From Eubacteriales bacterium (lineage in GTDB: Bacteria > Bacillota > Clostridia > Oscillospirales > Oscillospiraceae): 64,000 nt of DNA. This document shows positions 32,503 through 41,574 of the stretch, piece after piece. Below the pieces are notes generated by a model. The model was not told the origin of the DNA and made no database searches. It saw only the letters and a list, made by a program, of their open reading frames with translations. The DNA is taken from positions 13,639 to 77,638 of the forward strand of contig JAUMWI010000002.1 of the NCBI GenBank assembly GCA_030529725.1. The letters are read 5' to 3'. Each line of letters starts with the position of its first letter. The stretch's first letter is position 1. A program made the position numbers and the translations under genes.

Positions 32503-34401
32503 ATGTTTACTGACAATCACTTTGCAAAATTCAATCTGGCGGACGATGTTTCCGCGGCACTGAAAAAGTGCAAGTGCATCGCTTACGCAGAGACCAAGGA
32601 AGAATTAGAGGAAATGGTATACGGTCCGACACACACCTCGCGTTATGATGTTGTGTACCCCATCGAGGGGATCGGCTCGGTGAAGGAGGCGGAGGTCGTT
32701 CGCTGCAAGAACGGCCCGGTCGTTAACTTCATGGAGGACTATATGCGCCGCCGTGAGCCGAACTGTATGGTCATCGGTGATGAACTGCCCACGGATAAGC
32801 CGCGTTTCAAGGATCGTTTCGGATACGAATTCAGTAAGCTCCGTCAGGAGACGCTGGACTGGCTGTCGCATCAGCAGGTGCTGCTTCTGCCCTTTATGGC
32901 CGGCGGACTGACTTACGGCAGCATGAGTTTGATGATCTGCCCGACAAATGCCGCTTTTTTTGCGCTGTCGCTTGCTAACATGCAGGGCTTCGTCAGCATT
33001 TCCGACATTTCCGAACCGTTTACACCGCGCTCCATCATCTACGTTGCACCTCCGTTCCGCCACACACATTTTGACGGAAAGCAGGTCGTTGTTCACAACC
33101 GCAGCAAGGAGCTGCACGAGGTCTTTTCCTACAATCTGTATCCCGGCCCCAGCGCCAAGAAGGGCGTGTTCTCCATTTTGCTCGACATTGGTGAGCAGGA
33201 AGGCTGGATTTGCTGCCATACGAGTGCGGCAATGCTGGAAACGCCGTATGAAAACGAGGTCGTCTTTATGCACGAGGGCGCCTCCGGCGGCGGCAAGAGC
33301 GAGATGCTTGAGGACTTCCACCGCGAAGATGACGACAGACTCCTGATCGGGACACACACGATTACCGGTGAGAAATACTATATGACTCTGGGTGAGTCCT
33401 GCTCCATTCGCCCCATCGCGGACGATATGGCGTGCGCCTACACCAAGATCCAGGACGACAGCGGAAGACTGCGCATTGTCGATGCCGAGGATGGCTGGTT
33501 CCTGCGTATGGATGGCGTGAATGCCTACGGCAACAACCCGGAATATGAACGCATCAGCATCCACCCGAGCCGCCCGCTGGAGTTCTTCAATATGGATGGC
33601 GTGCCGGGTGCAACGTGCCTGATCTGGGAGCATGTGATCGAATCCAACGGCAAGCCCTGCACCAACCCGCGTGTGATCATTCCGCGCAATATGCTCGCTG
33701 ACATTGTTCCGAGTAATGAGCCGGTCGAGGTCCATGTCCGCAGCTTTGGTGTGCGTATGCCGCCGTCCACCGCCAAGGACCCCAACTACGGTGTGATGGG
33801 TATGCTGCAGGTCGTTCCTGCTTCTATTGCCTGGCTGTGGAGACTGGTCTCTCCGCGCGGCTTTAAAAACCCCAGCATTGCTGATACCAATGCAGGCAGC
33901 GGACTCAAGGCGGAGGGTGTCGGCTCTTACTGGCCGTTCTGTACCGGCCGAAAGGTTACGCAGGCCAATATGCTGCTTGACCAGATCGTTGCATCCCCCA
34001 ATACGCTCAATGTTCTGATCCCGAACCAGCACATCGGCGCTTACCATGTCGGCTTTATGGGTGAGTGGATCGCCCGTGAATACCTCGCCCGCCACACCGG
34101 TAATATCCGCGCAAAGCACCTTGTTCCCGCGCGCTGCCCGCTGTTCGGCTACGCACTTGACGAGATGAAGCTCGACGGTCAGTTTATCCGTCAGACCTTC
34201 CTGCGTCCCGAAACGCAGTCCAAGCTCGGCGTCGAGGGTTACGATGCAGGCGCAAAGATCCTGACTGACTTCTTTAAGGAGCAGGTCGCACAGTTCGACT
34301 GCGATGACCTTTCTCCGCTCGGCAAGCAGATCATTGACGTCTGCCTGCATGACGGCACGCTTGACGATTATCTTGCGCTTACTCCGATGAAGCTGAGGTA
34401 A
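32503..34401 (+). CDS. DUF4914-type protein with an HprK/PEPCK-like P-loop (function unknown)
   Basis: 632 aa with an AAGGAGGT RBS. The P-loop HEGASGGGKSEM resembles the HprK/P and PEPCK kinase-1a motifs. The family name is from memory. Confidence 0.6.
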   Translation: MFTDNHFAKFNLADDVSAALKKCKCIAYAETKEELEEMVYGPTHTSRYDVVYPIEGIGSVKEAEVVRCKNGPVVNFMEDYMRRREPNCMVIGDELPTDKPRFKDRFGYEFSKLRQETLDWLSHQQVLLLPFMAGGLTYGSMSLMICPTNAAFFALSLANMQGFVSISDISEPFTPRSIIYVAPPFRHTHFDGKQVVVHNRSKELHEVFSYNLYPGPSAKKGVFSILLDIGEQEGWICCHTSAAMLETPYENEVVFMHEGASGGGKSEMLEDFHREDDDRLLIGTHTITGEKYYMTLGESCSIRPIADDMACAYTKIQDDSGRLRIVDAEDGWFLRMDGVNAYGNNPEYERISIHPSRPLEFFNMDGVPGATCLIWEHVIESNGKPCTNPRVIIPRNMLADIVPSNEPVEVHVRSFGVRMPPSTAKDPNYGVMGMLQVVPASIAWLWRLVSPRGFKNPSIADTNAGSGLKAEGVGSYWPFCTGRKVTQANMLLDQIVASPNTLNVLIPNQHIGAYHVGFMGEWIAREYLARHTGNIRAKHLVPARCPLFGYALDEMKLDGQFIRQTFLRPETQSKLGVEGYDAGAKILTDFFKEQVAQFDCDDLSPLGKQIIDVCLHDGTLDDYLALTPMKLR

Positions 34402-34429
34402 TTTCACACAGTATAACCGAAGAAGCAGA

Positions 34430-34468
34430 AAAAGCCGCAAATGCCATTGGCATTTGCGGCTTTTTCTA
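34430..34468 (+). terminator. intrinsic terminator after the DUF4914 gene
   Basis: 15-bp stem AAAAGCCGCAAATGC / GCATTTGCGGCTTTT. Confidence 0.8.
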
Positions 34469-34504
34469 TTATAATAAAAACACTATTTGTTCTGAGGTGT
34501 CGCT

Positions 34505-35182
34505 ATGGAACAGCACAGCATTAAGGTCATCGCACATATTCGCAGCGACTTTCCCACCAAATTCGGCATTCCGCGCCAAAGCGGCCTTGTGCCGCAGCTT
34601 CGCGCAACCGTCGTGTTTGAGCCGGAGTTTCGCAATGCCGATGCCCTGCGCGGCATCGAGGGATTTTCCCACTTGTGGCTCATCTGGCAGTTTTCCGGCG
34701 CCGTGCGCGATAGCTGGTCACCCACCGTGCGTCCGCCGCGCCTGGGTGGGAACGAACGCATGGGCGTGTTTGCCACACGCTCGCCGTTCCGCCCGAATCC
34801 GATCGGACTGTCGAGCGTAAAGCTGGAGGGCGTGGGGCAGGAGGCGGAGCATGGGACGGTGCTGTACGTTTCCGGCGCAGATCTCATGGACGGTACGCCG
34901 ATCTATGACATTAAGCCGTATCTTCCTTATGCCGACTGCCATGTTTCGGCATCGGGCGGCTTTGCTCCCTCACCCAAGGAGACGATAGCGGTGGACTGTC
35001 CGGCAGAGCTTTTGCACAAATTGCCGCCGGAGTGTGGAGAGGCACTTATGGGTGTGCTCGCTCAGGACCCTCGCCCGCAGTATCAGGACGATCCGGCACG
35101 TATCTACGGTATGACCTTTGCAGGCTTTGAAGTCAAGTTCCGCGTGGAACAGGGAACCTTGCGTGTCACTGAAATTGAATAA
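34505..35182 (+). CDS. trmO: tRNA (t6A37-N6)-methyltransferase TrmO (TsaA/YaeB family)
   Basis: IAHIRSDFPTKFGIPRQSG...GIEGFSHLWLIW...RSPFRPNPIGLS are TsaA-family motifs. Confidence 0.88.
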   Translation: MEQHSIKVIAHIRSDFPTKFGIPRQSGLVPQLRATVVFEPEFRNADALRGIEGFSHLWLIWQFSGAVRDSWSPTVRPPRLGGNERMGVFATRSPFRPNPIGLSSVKLEGVGQEAEHGTVLYVSGADLMDGTPIYDIKPYLPYADCHVSASGGFAPSPKETIAVDCPAELLHKLPPECGEALMGVLAQDPRPQYQDDPARIYGMTFAGFEVKFRVEQGTLRVTEIE

Positions 35183-35192
35183 AAAACGCACG

Positions 35193-35220
35193 AGGAGGAC
35201 AGCCGGTGCTGTCCTCCTCA
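35193..35220. terminator. bidirectional terminator between trmO and glnA
   Basis: 12-bp stem GAGGAGGACAGC / GCTGTCCTCCTC. Confidence 0.65.
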
Positions 35221-35248
35221 TAATTTGGTAATTTGCGATATCAGAAAA

Positions 35249-36580
35249 TCAGTAAAGCGTGATATAGCGCTCAATTTCCCAGGAGCTCACGCGCGTGCAG
35301 TAGGCGGTCCACTCATCTTCCTTGCCGAAAAGATACTGAGACAGTGCGTGTTCACCGAGCACATCGCAGATGAGTTTGTCGGCCTTGAGCGCTTTGAGGG
35401 CTTCCTCAAGAGAGCCGGGCAGTGAGCCAATGCCGCGTGCCATGCGCTCCGCGCTCGTCAGCTCGTAGATGTTCTCGGTCGCTTCGGCAGGCGGAGTGAG
35501 GCCACGCTTGATGCCGTCGAGACCGGCAGCAAGGCAAGCGGCGAGCGTGAGGTACGGATTGCAGGACGGGTCGGGATTGCGCAGCTCCAGACGGGTACCT
35601 GTGCCACGCGGTGCGGGAACGCGCACAAGTGCGCTGCGGTTGCCGGTGGACCAGGAAATATAGCACGGTGCTTCATAGCCGGGCACCAGGCGTTTGTAAG
35701 AGTTGACAAGCGGATTGCTCAGTGCACAGATCGCAGGGACATGCTCCAAAATGCCGGCAATGAAGCTGTATGCGGTGGGGGAGAGCTTATGTACGCCGGC
35801 TTCATCATAAAATGCGTTCCTGCCATCGCGAAACAGGGACATATTGATATGCATGCCGTTGCCGGCAACACCGAAAAGCGGCTTGGGCATAAAGGTCGCA
35901 TGCAGACCGTCCTTGCAGGCAAGTGTCTTGACCGCGAGCTTGAACGTCATGATATTGTCGGCGGCGGTCAGTGCATCAGCATACTTGAAGTCGATCTCAT
36001 GCTGACCGGCGGCGCACTCATGGTGGGACGCTTCGATCTCGAAGCCGATCTTTTCCAGTGCCAGACAGATCTGCTGACGGGTAAATTCGGCGTTATCGAG
36101 CGGGCCCTGATCAAAGTAGCCGACCTCATCGTTCGTTTTGGTGGTGGGCTTGCCGGTTTCGTCCGTCTTGAAAAGGAAAAACTCACACTCGGGGCCGACA
36201 TTGAAGGTGTAGCCCATATCAGAGGCTTCCTTCAGGACTTTGCGCAGTACGCCGCGCGGATCGCCGGAAAACGAGGTGCCGTCGGGGTTGTATACGTCGC
36301 AGATCATGCGTGCGCACACGCCGTGTTCCTGATTCCACGGCAGCACAACAAACGTATCCAGATCGGGACGCAGATACTGATCGGATTCCTCAATGCGGGT
36401 GTAGCCTTCGATGGAGCTGCCATCGAACATGATCTGGCCACTGACCGCCTTTTCAATCTGGGATGCAGGCAGCGTCACGCTTTTGAGTTGACCGAAGATG
36501 TCTGTAAACTGCAGGCGCACAAACTGAATGTGGTTTTCCCTCACGGTCCGAATTATGGTTTCACTGGTATATTTGCTCAT
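35249..36580 (-). CDS. glnA: type I glutamine synthetase
   Basis: 443 aa. FVRLQFTDIFG, GMHINMSL and NPYL motifs. Confidence 0.95.
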   Translation of the reverse strand: MSKYTSETIIRTVRENHIQFVRLQFTDIFGQLKSVTLPASQIEKAVSGQIMFDGSSIEGYTRIEESDQYLRPDLDTFVVLPWNQEHGVCARMICDVYNPDGTSFSGDPRGVLRKVLKEASDMGYTFNVGPECEFFLFKTDETGKPTTKTNDEVGYFDQGPLDNAEFTRQQICLALEKIGFEIEASHHECAAGQHEIDFKYADALTAADNIMTFKLAVKTLACKDGLHATFMPKPLFGVAGNGMHINMSLFRDGRNAFYDEAGVHKLSPTAYSFIAGILEHVPAICALSNPLVNSYKRLVPGYEAPCYISWSTGNRSALVRVPAPRGTGTRLELRNPDPSCNPYLTLAACLAAGLDGIKRGLTPPAEATENIYELTSAERMARGIGSLPGSLEEALKALKADKLICDVLGEHALSQYLFGKEDEWTAYCTRVSSWEIERYITLY

Positions 36581-36627
36581 GGCAAACTCTCTCCTTTCAC
36601 CCGTATTATGCGGAAAAATATGAGAGC

Positions 36628-36657
36628 ATTATACGACCAACGAAGCTGCCGCGTCAA
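36628..36657 (-). promoter_or_regulatory. sigma-A-type promoter of glnA
   Basis: Minus strand TTGACG-18 nt-TATAAT, ~45 nt upstream of the start codon. Confidence 0.6.
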
Positions 36658-36837
36658 TGATTTTTTATCCGGTCACAGAATATATTTTTTCCGGTGGAGA
36701 TTTATACAGACTGTGGCAATACCGGGAAATCTACGCCTCCGGAAGGGAACGGCAGTCTGTAAGAATCCGTACAGTTAAACTGCCGTAAAAAGAAAGCTTA
36801 CTCTCGTAAAGAAGGCGCAAAGGGTGCGGCAAAGCGG

Positions 36838-36865
36838 TTGCAAGCTGGATTATGCGCGCTATAAT
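36838..36865 (+). promoter_or_regulatory. sigma-A-type promoter of the OadG-like gene
   Basis: TTGCAA-16 nt-TATAAT. Confidence 0.55.
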
Positions 36866-36946
36866 GACGTAAAAACGAAGGCAAAACCGCACCGGAGCGA
36901 CTTGATCGGGCGATGCGCGATTGTCTGTAAAGGAGTGCGTATTGTC

Positions 36947-37210
36947 ATGCATGTTTCCAGCGCGTTTGTTTGTCTGATGGGTATGGGCGTTACTTTCGCG
37001 GGGCTGACCTGTATCATCTTTCTCACTATGTTAATGGGGAAGATCCTGGGTTCCTCTTCAAGGCCAAAACCGATCGAAGAGACACCTGCCCCGGCACCTG
37101 CATCTGATGGATTGACCGATGAGGTCAGGATTGCTATTCTGGCAGCAATTGCCCAGGAACCCGGCTTCAACATGGCGAATGTTACCTGTGTGAGTATCCG
37201 CAAGATCTGA
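36947..37210 (+). CDS. OadG-family (decarboxylase gamma-chain-like) small membrane protein, orphan
   Basis: 87 aa. N-terminal TM GMGVTFAGLTCIIFLTMLMGKIL followed by a Pro/Ala linker. AGGAG RBS. No alpha or beta subunit genes are nearby. Confidence 0.55.
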   Translation: MHVSSAFVCLMGMGVTFAGLTCIIFLTMLMGKILGSSSRPKPIEETPAPAPASDGLTDEVRIAILAAIAQEPGFNMANVTCVSIRKI

Positions 37211-37365
37211 AAATACATTTTCCCTTTACCGGAAGGCGGGGCGACTTTATCCGTCGTCCCGTTCCCTTTCCTCGTGTATCCTCGCTTTTCCCAAACTTTT
37301 AACGGAAAATTAGCACGGAGTGTGATACAATGGGGAAAAGAAGCCGGTGAGGAGGAAGAGGACAC

Positions 37366-38322
37366 GTGAGATCGCTCAACCAATCAAAACGGAGAATCCC
37401 CCGTGTGCTGCAGGACTTTCTCTTTACAGCGGGTGCATTTGCCTCTGCGGTGATTCTTTGCAGTCTGCTTCGTCGGCTTGCGGAGGGCGACGGATATGTG
37501 GGCCTTGTGTTTGTCCTGACGGTGGCGGCGGTGTCGCGCTGGACAGAGGGCTACTTCTGGGGCACTTTCAGCTCGCTGTGCGGCGTTGTCTGCGTGAACT
37601 ATGTGTTTACGTTTCCATACTGGGAGTTTAACTTTACCATGACCGGCTACCCGCTCACGTTTTTAACACTGCTTGCGGTCTCAATCATGATCAGCACGAT
37701 GACAACGCAGATCAAAAAGCAGGAGAGGCTCCGTATGGAGACGGAAAAGGAATCCATGCGCGCAAATCTTTTGCGTGCAATGTCGCATGATATCCGCACG
37801 CCCCTGACGTCGATCGTAGGCAATACGGCGGCAATTCTGGAGAGCAACGGTGCCTTTTCTTCACAACAGGAGCATGACAAGGTTACGGCACTTGACATGG
37901 GTGCGGACGATTACATTGAAAAGCCGTTCGGCACATCTGAGCTGCTTGCCCGTATCCGCACAGCGATCCGCCACACGCGCACTTCGCTCGACAACGACAG
38001 CATCGCCCGTTCCGGCAAGTTCAGTGTAGGGGGATTGACGATTGACTATGATAAGCATCGTGTGTTTGTGGACGGCGAGGATGTACATCTCACGCTCAAC
38101 GAATTCAAGATCGTGGCACTGCTCGGCAAGTACGCCGGTAAGGTGCTGACCTACGATTTTCTGATTCGCGAGATCTGGGGTCCGAAAGCAAAAGCAGACA
38201 ACCAGATCCTGCGCGTTAATATGGCAAATATACGGCGCAAGATAGAGGAGAATCCTGCCGATCCGCGGTATATCTTCACCGAGATCGGTGTGGGTTATCG
38301 CATGCTTGATGGGGAAAACTGA
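37366..38322 (+). CDS. in-frame chimera: KdpD-type DUF4118 membrane domain plus HisKA H-box, joined to the KdpE-type receiver tail and OmpR winged-helix domain (probable deletion relic)
   Basis: The N-terminal half ends at LLRAMSHDIRTPLTSIVGNTAAILE (H-box). After ...SQQEH it continues as DKVTALDMGADDYIEKPF...FTEIGVGYRM (response-regulator C-terminal half). No HATPase domain and no receiver Asp region. Confidence 0.7.
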   Translation: MRSLNQSKRRIPRVLQDFLFTAGAFASAVILCSLLRRLAEGDGYVGLVFVLTVAAVSRWTEGYFWGTFSSLCGVVCVNYVFTFPYWEFNFTMTGYPLTFLTLLAVSIMISTMTTQIKKQERLRMETEKESMRANLLRAMSHDIRTPLTSIVGNTAAILESNGAFSSQQEHDKVTALDMGADDYIEKPFGTSELLARIRTAIRHTRTSLDNDSIARSGKFSVGGLTIDYDKHRVFVDGEDVHLTLNEFKIVALLGKYAGKVLTYDFLIREIWGPKAKADNQILRVNMANIRRKIEENPADPRYIFTEIGVGYRMLDGEN

Positions 38323-38388
38323 GGTCACAAGGCGTGTAAACGCTTTTGATACCAGGGCGCGCAAGCACCTCACACATTTCACGCAGGT

Positions 38389-38420
38389 GGCTCTTGTTCG
38401 GGAGAACAAGAGCCGTTTGC
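38389..38420 (+). terminator. intrinsic terminator after the kdp chimera
   Basis: 11-bp stem GGCTCTTGTTC / GAACAAGAGCC followed by GTTTGCATT. Confidence 0.55.
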
Positions 38421-38449
38421 ATTCTTGCGGCACAGCAGAAAAAGACATA

Positions 38450-38495
38450 TAAAAACAAACAACAATGCGGCTGCAGCAGAATTTGCTGCAGCCGC
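38450..38495 (-). terminator. intrinsic terminator after the SLH protein gene
   Basis: 12-bp stem GCGGCTGCAGCA / TGCTGCAGCCGC with a T-rich tail on the minus strand. Confidence 0.6.
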
Positions 38496-38517
38496 AATTC
38501 CTTTGTGATTTCTGTTC

Positions 38518-41472
38518 TTACAGCAGTTTGTACAGCACCGTTGCGATCTGCGCACGCGTCATGGGACGTGCGGGAAGGAAGTTTCCGTTCATGTCGCCGG
38601 TAAGAATGCCCATGGCGCTGAGGGTGCTGACATAACTCTCTGCCCAGGTGGCAACCTGCGCGCGGTCACGGAACGTAAGCACAGGCGAAGCATAACCCTT
38701 ATCCAACAGGCGCCCGATCATCGTCACTGCCTCCTGGCGGCTGATATTTGCCGTGGGATTGAAAACAGTGGAGCCGTCGGCGCCGACACTGCCCTTGGTG
38801 ATGCCGAGAGCGTACATGGCGCGCACACCGTCATATGCCCAGGACGCGATGCTGCCGCGATCGGCGAAGGGAACGGAGACGGAGGAGAAATCCTCCTTGG
38901 GCGCAAGGTATCGGTAGAGCAGCACGGCAAATTCCTGACGGCTGATGTTGGTGTCGGGATTAAAGTTGCCGTTTCCGTCACCGTTGGTAATGCCGCTGCG
39001 CTTGAGATAGGAAACAAAGCTATTTGCCCAGTGCGTTGTACCATCGGGATTGTACATGTCGGAAAATGCCGGTGCAGCGTCCTGTGCGAGAATGTCTGCG
39101 CTCTTGCGTGCGAGGTTGCCGCTGGCATCACCGGCAACGACCGTCACGCGATGCATCTGTCCGTCCGGTGCAGGCAGTGAAACAGAGAGCGTGCCGCCGG
39201 AATAGCTGTGATCCAGTGCTGTACCGTCATAGGTAACGCGCAGCGTGGTCAGTGCCGCACCATCACAGTCGTCGGAAATTGCGGCGGTCAGACGCGTGGG
39301 ATCGGTCTGCGGTGCAAAGGCGATCGTCGGGACGGCAGAATCCACTACGCCGCCGTAGGAGAGCACGAACTGGTCAAGATAAATTGCGCTGATGCGCTCG
39401 GTATCGGCGGAGAGAGAAAGACCGGTTATCGCCGCTGCGCCGGCAGGCAGCGTAACGGAGAGCTGCCGCCAGCCGGTAAAGTTCAGCTGTGCGGCATCGA
39501 CGCCGCCTGCATCGGTCTCCAGCGTGAGCCTTGTGTCGCTACCGTCGCCGTAAACCCAGAAGTTCACGCAGTCGTAGGAAGTTTTAATCGGATAATCGAG
39601 ACCGATTTCGGCGCTTACATCGGGATAAGTGGCATAGTCCAGTCTTGCCGATGCCTTGCCTCGGCAGACATATTTTTCGCTTGTGTTCCGACTGAGCATC
39701 GCATTGGTGCCGGTGTAAGTTCCAAAGGACTGCTCAAAGGTGTTGAGCGTGAGCAGCGGCTCGGCAGAGACTGTCACAGGGATGGCAAGCTCAGTCTTGC
39801 CGACGCTGACGCTCAGCGTACCGCTTGCGATATGACCGGCAGCGGTAAAGACGCCGTTTTCATCCACGCTGCCGACATCACCGTTTACCCGCCAGGTAAA
39901 GCAGCTGTTGTCGCCGAGGACATTGAGATGCCGATAAGCGGCCTGCGCGCTCAGGGATACCGTATCGCCGCGCGAGAGCGACAGCGCGGTGACTGCTTTT
40001 CCGTTTTGCGACAGCGTGATGCTGTCAGGGACTGTAACTATATTTAGCGTGATGCTTGCCGTTTTGCCGCCTGCGCTTGCGCGGATGGCAACGGCGCCGG
40101 CGTCATAATCCGGTGCGGTATAAACATTCCCGTCAATCGTGCCGCACTCAGCAGAGAGCTTGACGGAGGTGTTTGTCGGGATATAATTTCCGTCCAGCGC
40201 GGCGGCGGAAAGCGTTACCTTCCCATTCGGCAGGACAAAGTGGCTGTCAGTGCCGAGGTACACTGATCTGACGCTGCCGCTTGGCTCAGCAGACGCGACA
40301 AGGAACATATGGTTGGTCACGCTGCGGACCGGACCATCGGACGGACGGTTTATCAGGCTTGCGGCCGTGTCCGTCGGGCTGGTGGCGACAAAGGTAGTTG
40401 AGCCGCCGCCGTCGAGACTCATCGCCGTCACGCAGCCGAGCTCAATGAGACGTTCGGCAACCTGTGAAAGACTTGCGCCGATGGAGTATCCGCTTCGGCG
40501 GCCGTCAATCGTATAGAGGATCAAAGAGCCGCCGGCCGTCTGGCCGAGTGCCGTTCGCGGCGCGGCACCGCCGGGAAGACCGGAGCAGACCTGACCGTTT
40601 TCGACTAGCTGATAGAGCGCGCCGATCATATTCGTGACGCTGTTCCACTTTTCATCGTTCGCGTCGATGCGGATCGTGAGCTGCTCACCGGGGGCAAGTG
40701 CAAGCAGTGCATCGGTGTAGGCGCTGCCGGAGTTCAGGTTCGCGGAAAGGACATATTGATTTGCGCCCACTACGGTATCCGTCGCATGGGGCAATACTGC
40801 GTCGACCGTGAGCATCAACTCGCCGCCGATGGAGAGGCTGCCGCCCCTGACGGAACAAACGACATCTACTCCCGCCTCACTTGTGCCGGTGGAATGACGG
40901 GCATTAAAGGAAGAGTCATACAGGAAAATGCCGAAGCTGCTCTGACGCACATAGTTGAGCGCGAAGATGGGGAACTGTGCGCCGCTGCCGGTCTCGGCAG
41001 TCAACTTCAGCTCCGGCTTTCCCATAACCGTCGTACCGTCATCGTAGAAGCCGATGGCATAGTAATTGCCGGACGCATTGCGAAGAACACCGTTTGTCAT
41101 GACGCTGCCGAGCGGGACTCCCGTGACGGTGTCATAATAGTCGCCGTTGACGCCGGCAACCACGCGATAGCCCTCCTGCTCCAGCTTTTTTGCAGCGGTG
41201 GAGACTGTGGTGAGCTGTGTGGTGTAATCACCGCAGGTGACAATGGGTGTAACGCTGCGATTCGGAGAATAGACAACATAGTTCTCCTGACGCAGGTCGG
41301 AATAAGTATTGCTCCAGAAGGTGCCGGCATTGAGCACGGTGCCCTTGTTGACCTCAGCAGAGGTGTCGAGCAGGTCATCGCCGAGCGCTACGGAGGCGTG
41401 CGCCGTCAGTGGCGCGGCGGCAAGAACAACGGCGAGGATAAACGAAACAATTTTGCGCAAGGTAGATTTCAC
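38518..41472 (-). CDS. secreted SLH-anchored wall protein with a phosphodiester-glycosidase (DUF2233/NAGPA-like) domain
   Basis: GTG start 6 nt after AGGAGG. Signal peptide ...APLTAHA. Central MSLDGGGSTT motif. Three C-terminal SLH repeats (FSDM...WANSFV, FADRGSIASWA, FRDRAQVATWA). Confidence 0.8.
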   Translation of the reverse strand: MKSTLRKIVSFILAVVLAAAPLTAHASVALGDDLLDTSAEVNKGTVLNAGTFWSNTYSDLRQENYVVYSPNRSVTPIVTCGDYTTQLTTVSTAAKKLEQEGYRVVAGVNGDYYDTVTGVPLGSVMTNGVLRNASGNYYAIGFYDDGTTVMGKPELKLTAETGSGAQFPIFALNYVRQSSFGIFLYDSSFNARHSTGTSEAGVDVVCSVRGGSLSIGGELMLTVDAVLPHATDTVVGANQYVLSANLNSGSAYTDALLALAPGEQLTIRIDANDEKWNSVTNMIGALYQLVENGQVCSGLPGGAAPRTALGQTAGGSLILYTIDGRRSGYSIGASLSQVAERLIELGCVTAMSLDGGGSTTFVATSPTDTAASLINRPSDGPVRSVTNHMFLVASAEPSGSVRSVYLGTDSHFVLPNGKVTLSAAALDGNYIPTNTSVKLSAECGTIDGNVYTAPDYDAGAVAIRASAGGKTASITLNIVTVPDSITLSQNGKAVTALSLSRGDTVSLSAQAAYRHLNVLGDNSCFTWRVNGDVGSVDENGVFTAAGHIASGTLSVSVGKTELAIPVTVSAEPLLTLNTFEQSFGTYTGTNAMLSRNTSEKYVCRGKASARLDYATYPDVSAEIGLDYPIKTSYDCVNFWVYGDGSDTRLTLETDAGGVDAAQLNFTGWRQLSVTLPAGAAAITGLSLSADTERISAIYLDQFVLSYGGVVDSAVPTIAFAPQTDPTRLTAAISDDCDGAALTTLRVTYDGTALDHSYSGGTLSVSLPAPDGQMHRVTVVAGDASGNLARKSADILAQDAAPAFSDMYNPDGTTHWANSFVSYLKRSGITNGDGNGNFNPDTNISRQEFAVLLYRYLAPKEDFSSVSVPFADRGSIASWAYDGVRAMYALGITKGSVGADGSTVFNPTANISRQEAVTMIGRLLDKGYASPVLTFRDRAQVATWAESYVSTLSAMGILTGDMNGNFLPARPMTRAQIATVLYKLL

Positions 41473-41574
41473 TTTGTTCCTCCTTTGGAAGCTTATGGGT
41501 GGTTGGTAGACATAATGCAGTATATCATGCTGCACTCAATAAGTAAAGACGAGGTGTGCCGGAAAAAGTTTCCT

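Noticed and set aside
32605-34440. Minus-strand ORF of 611 aa
   Set aside because: It is antisense to the DUF4914 gene. The plus-strand gene has a strong RBS, a P-loop and a terminator. The minus frame is Arg/Ala/His-rich with no signals.
36758-36773. GlnR/TnrA box upstream of glnA
   Set aside because: TGTAAGAATCCGTACA has TGT-N10-ACA, whereas the consensus is TGT-N11-ACA (17 bp). The spacing is off by one, so I do not call it.
35741-36778. Plus-strand ORF of 345 aa; also 43827..44516, 49916..50935, 51339..52496, 53390..54106 and similar
   Set aside because: All lie antisense to well-supported genes (glnA, kup, topoisomerase A, LUD/lipoprotein, prfC). Their composition is typical of GC-rich shadow frames.
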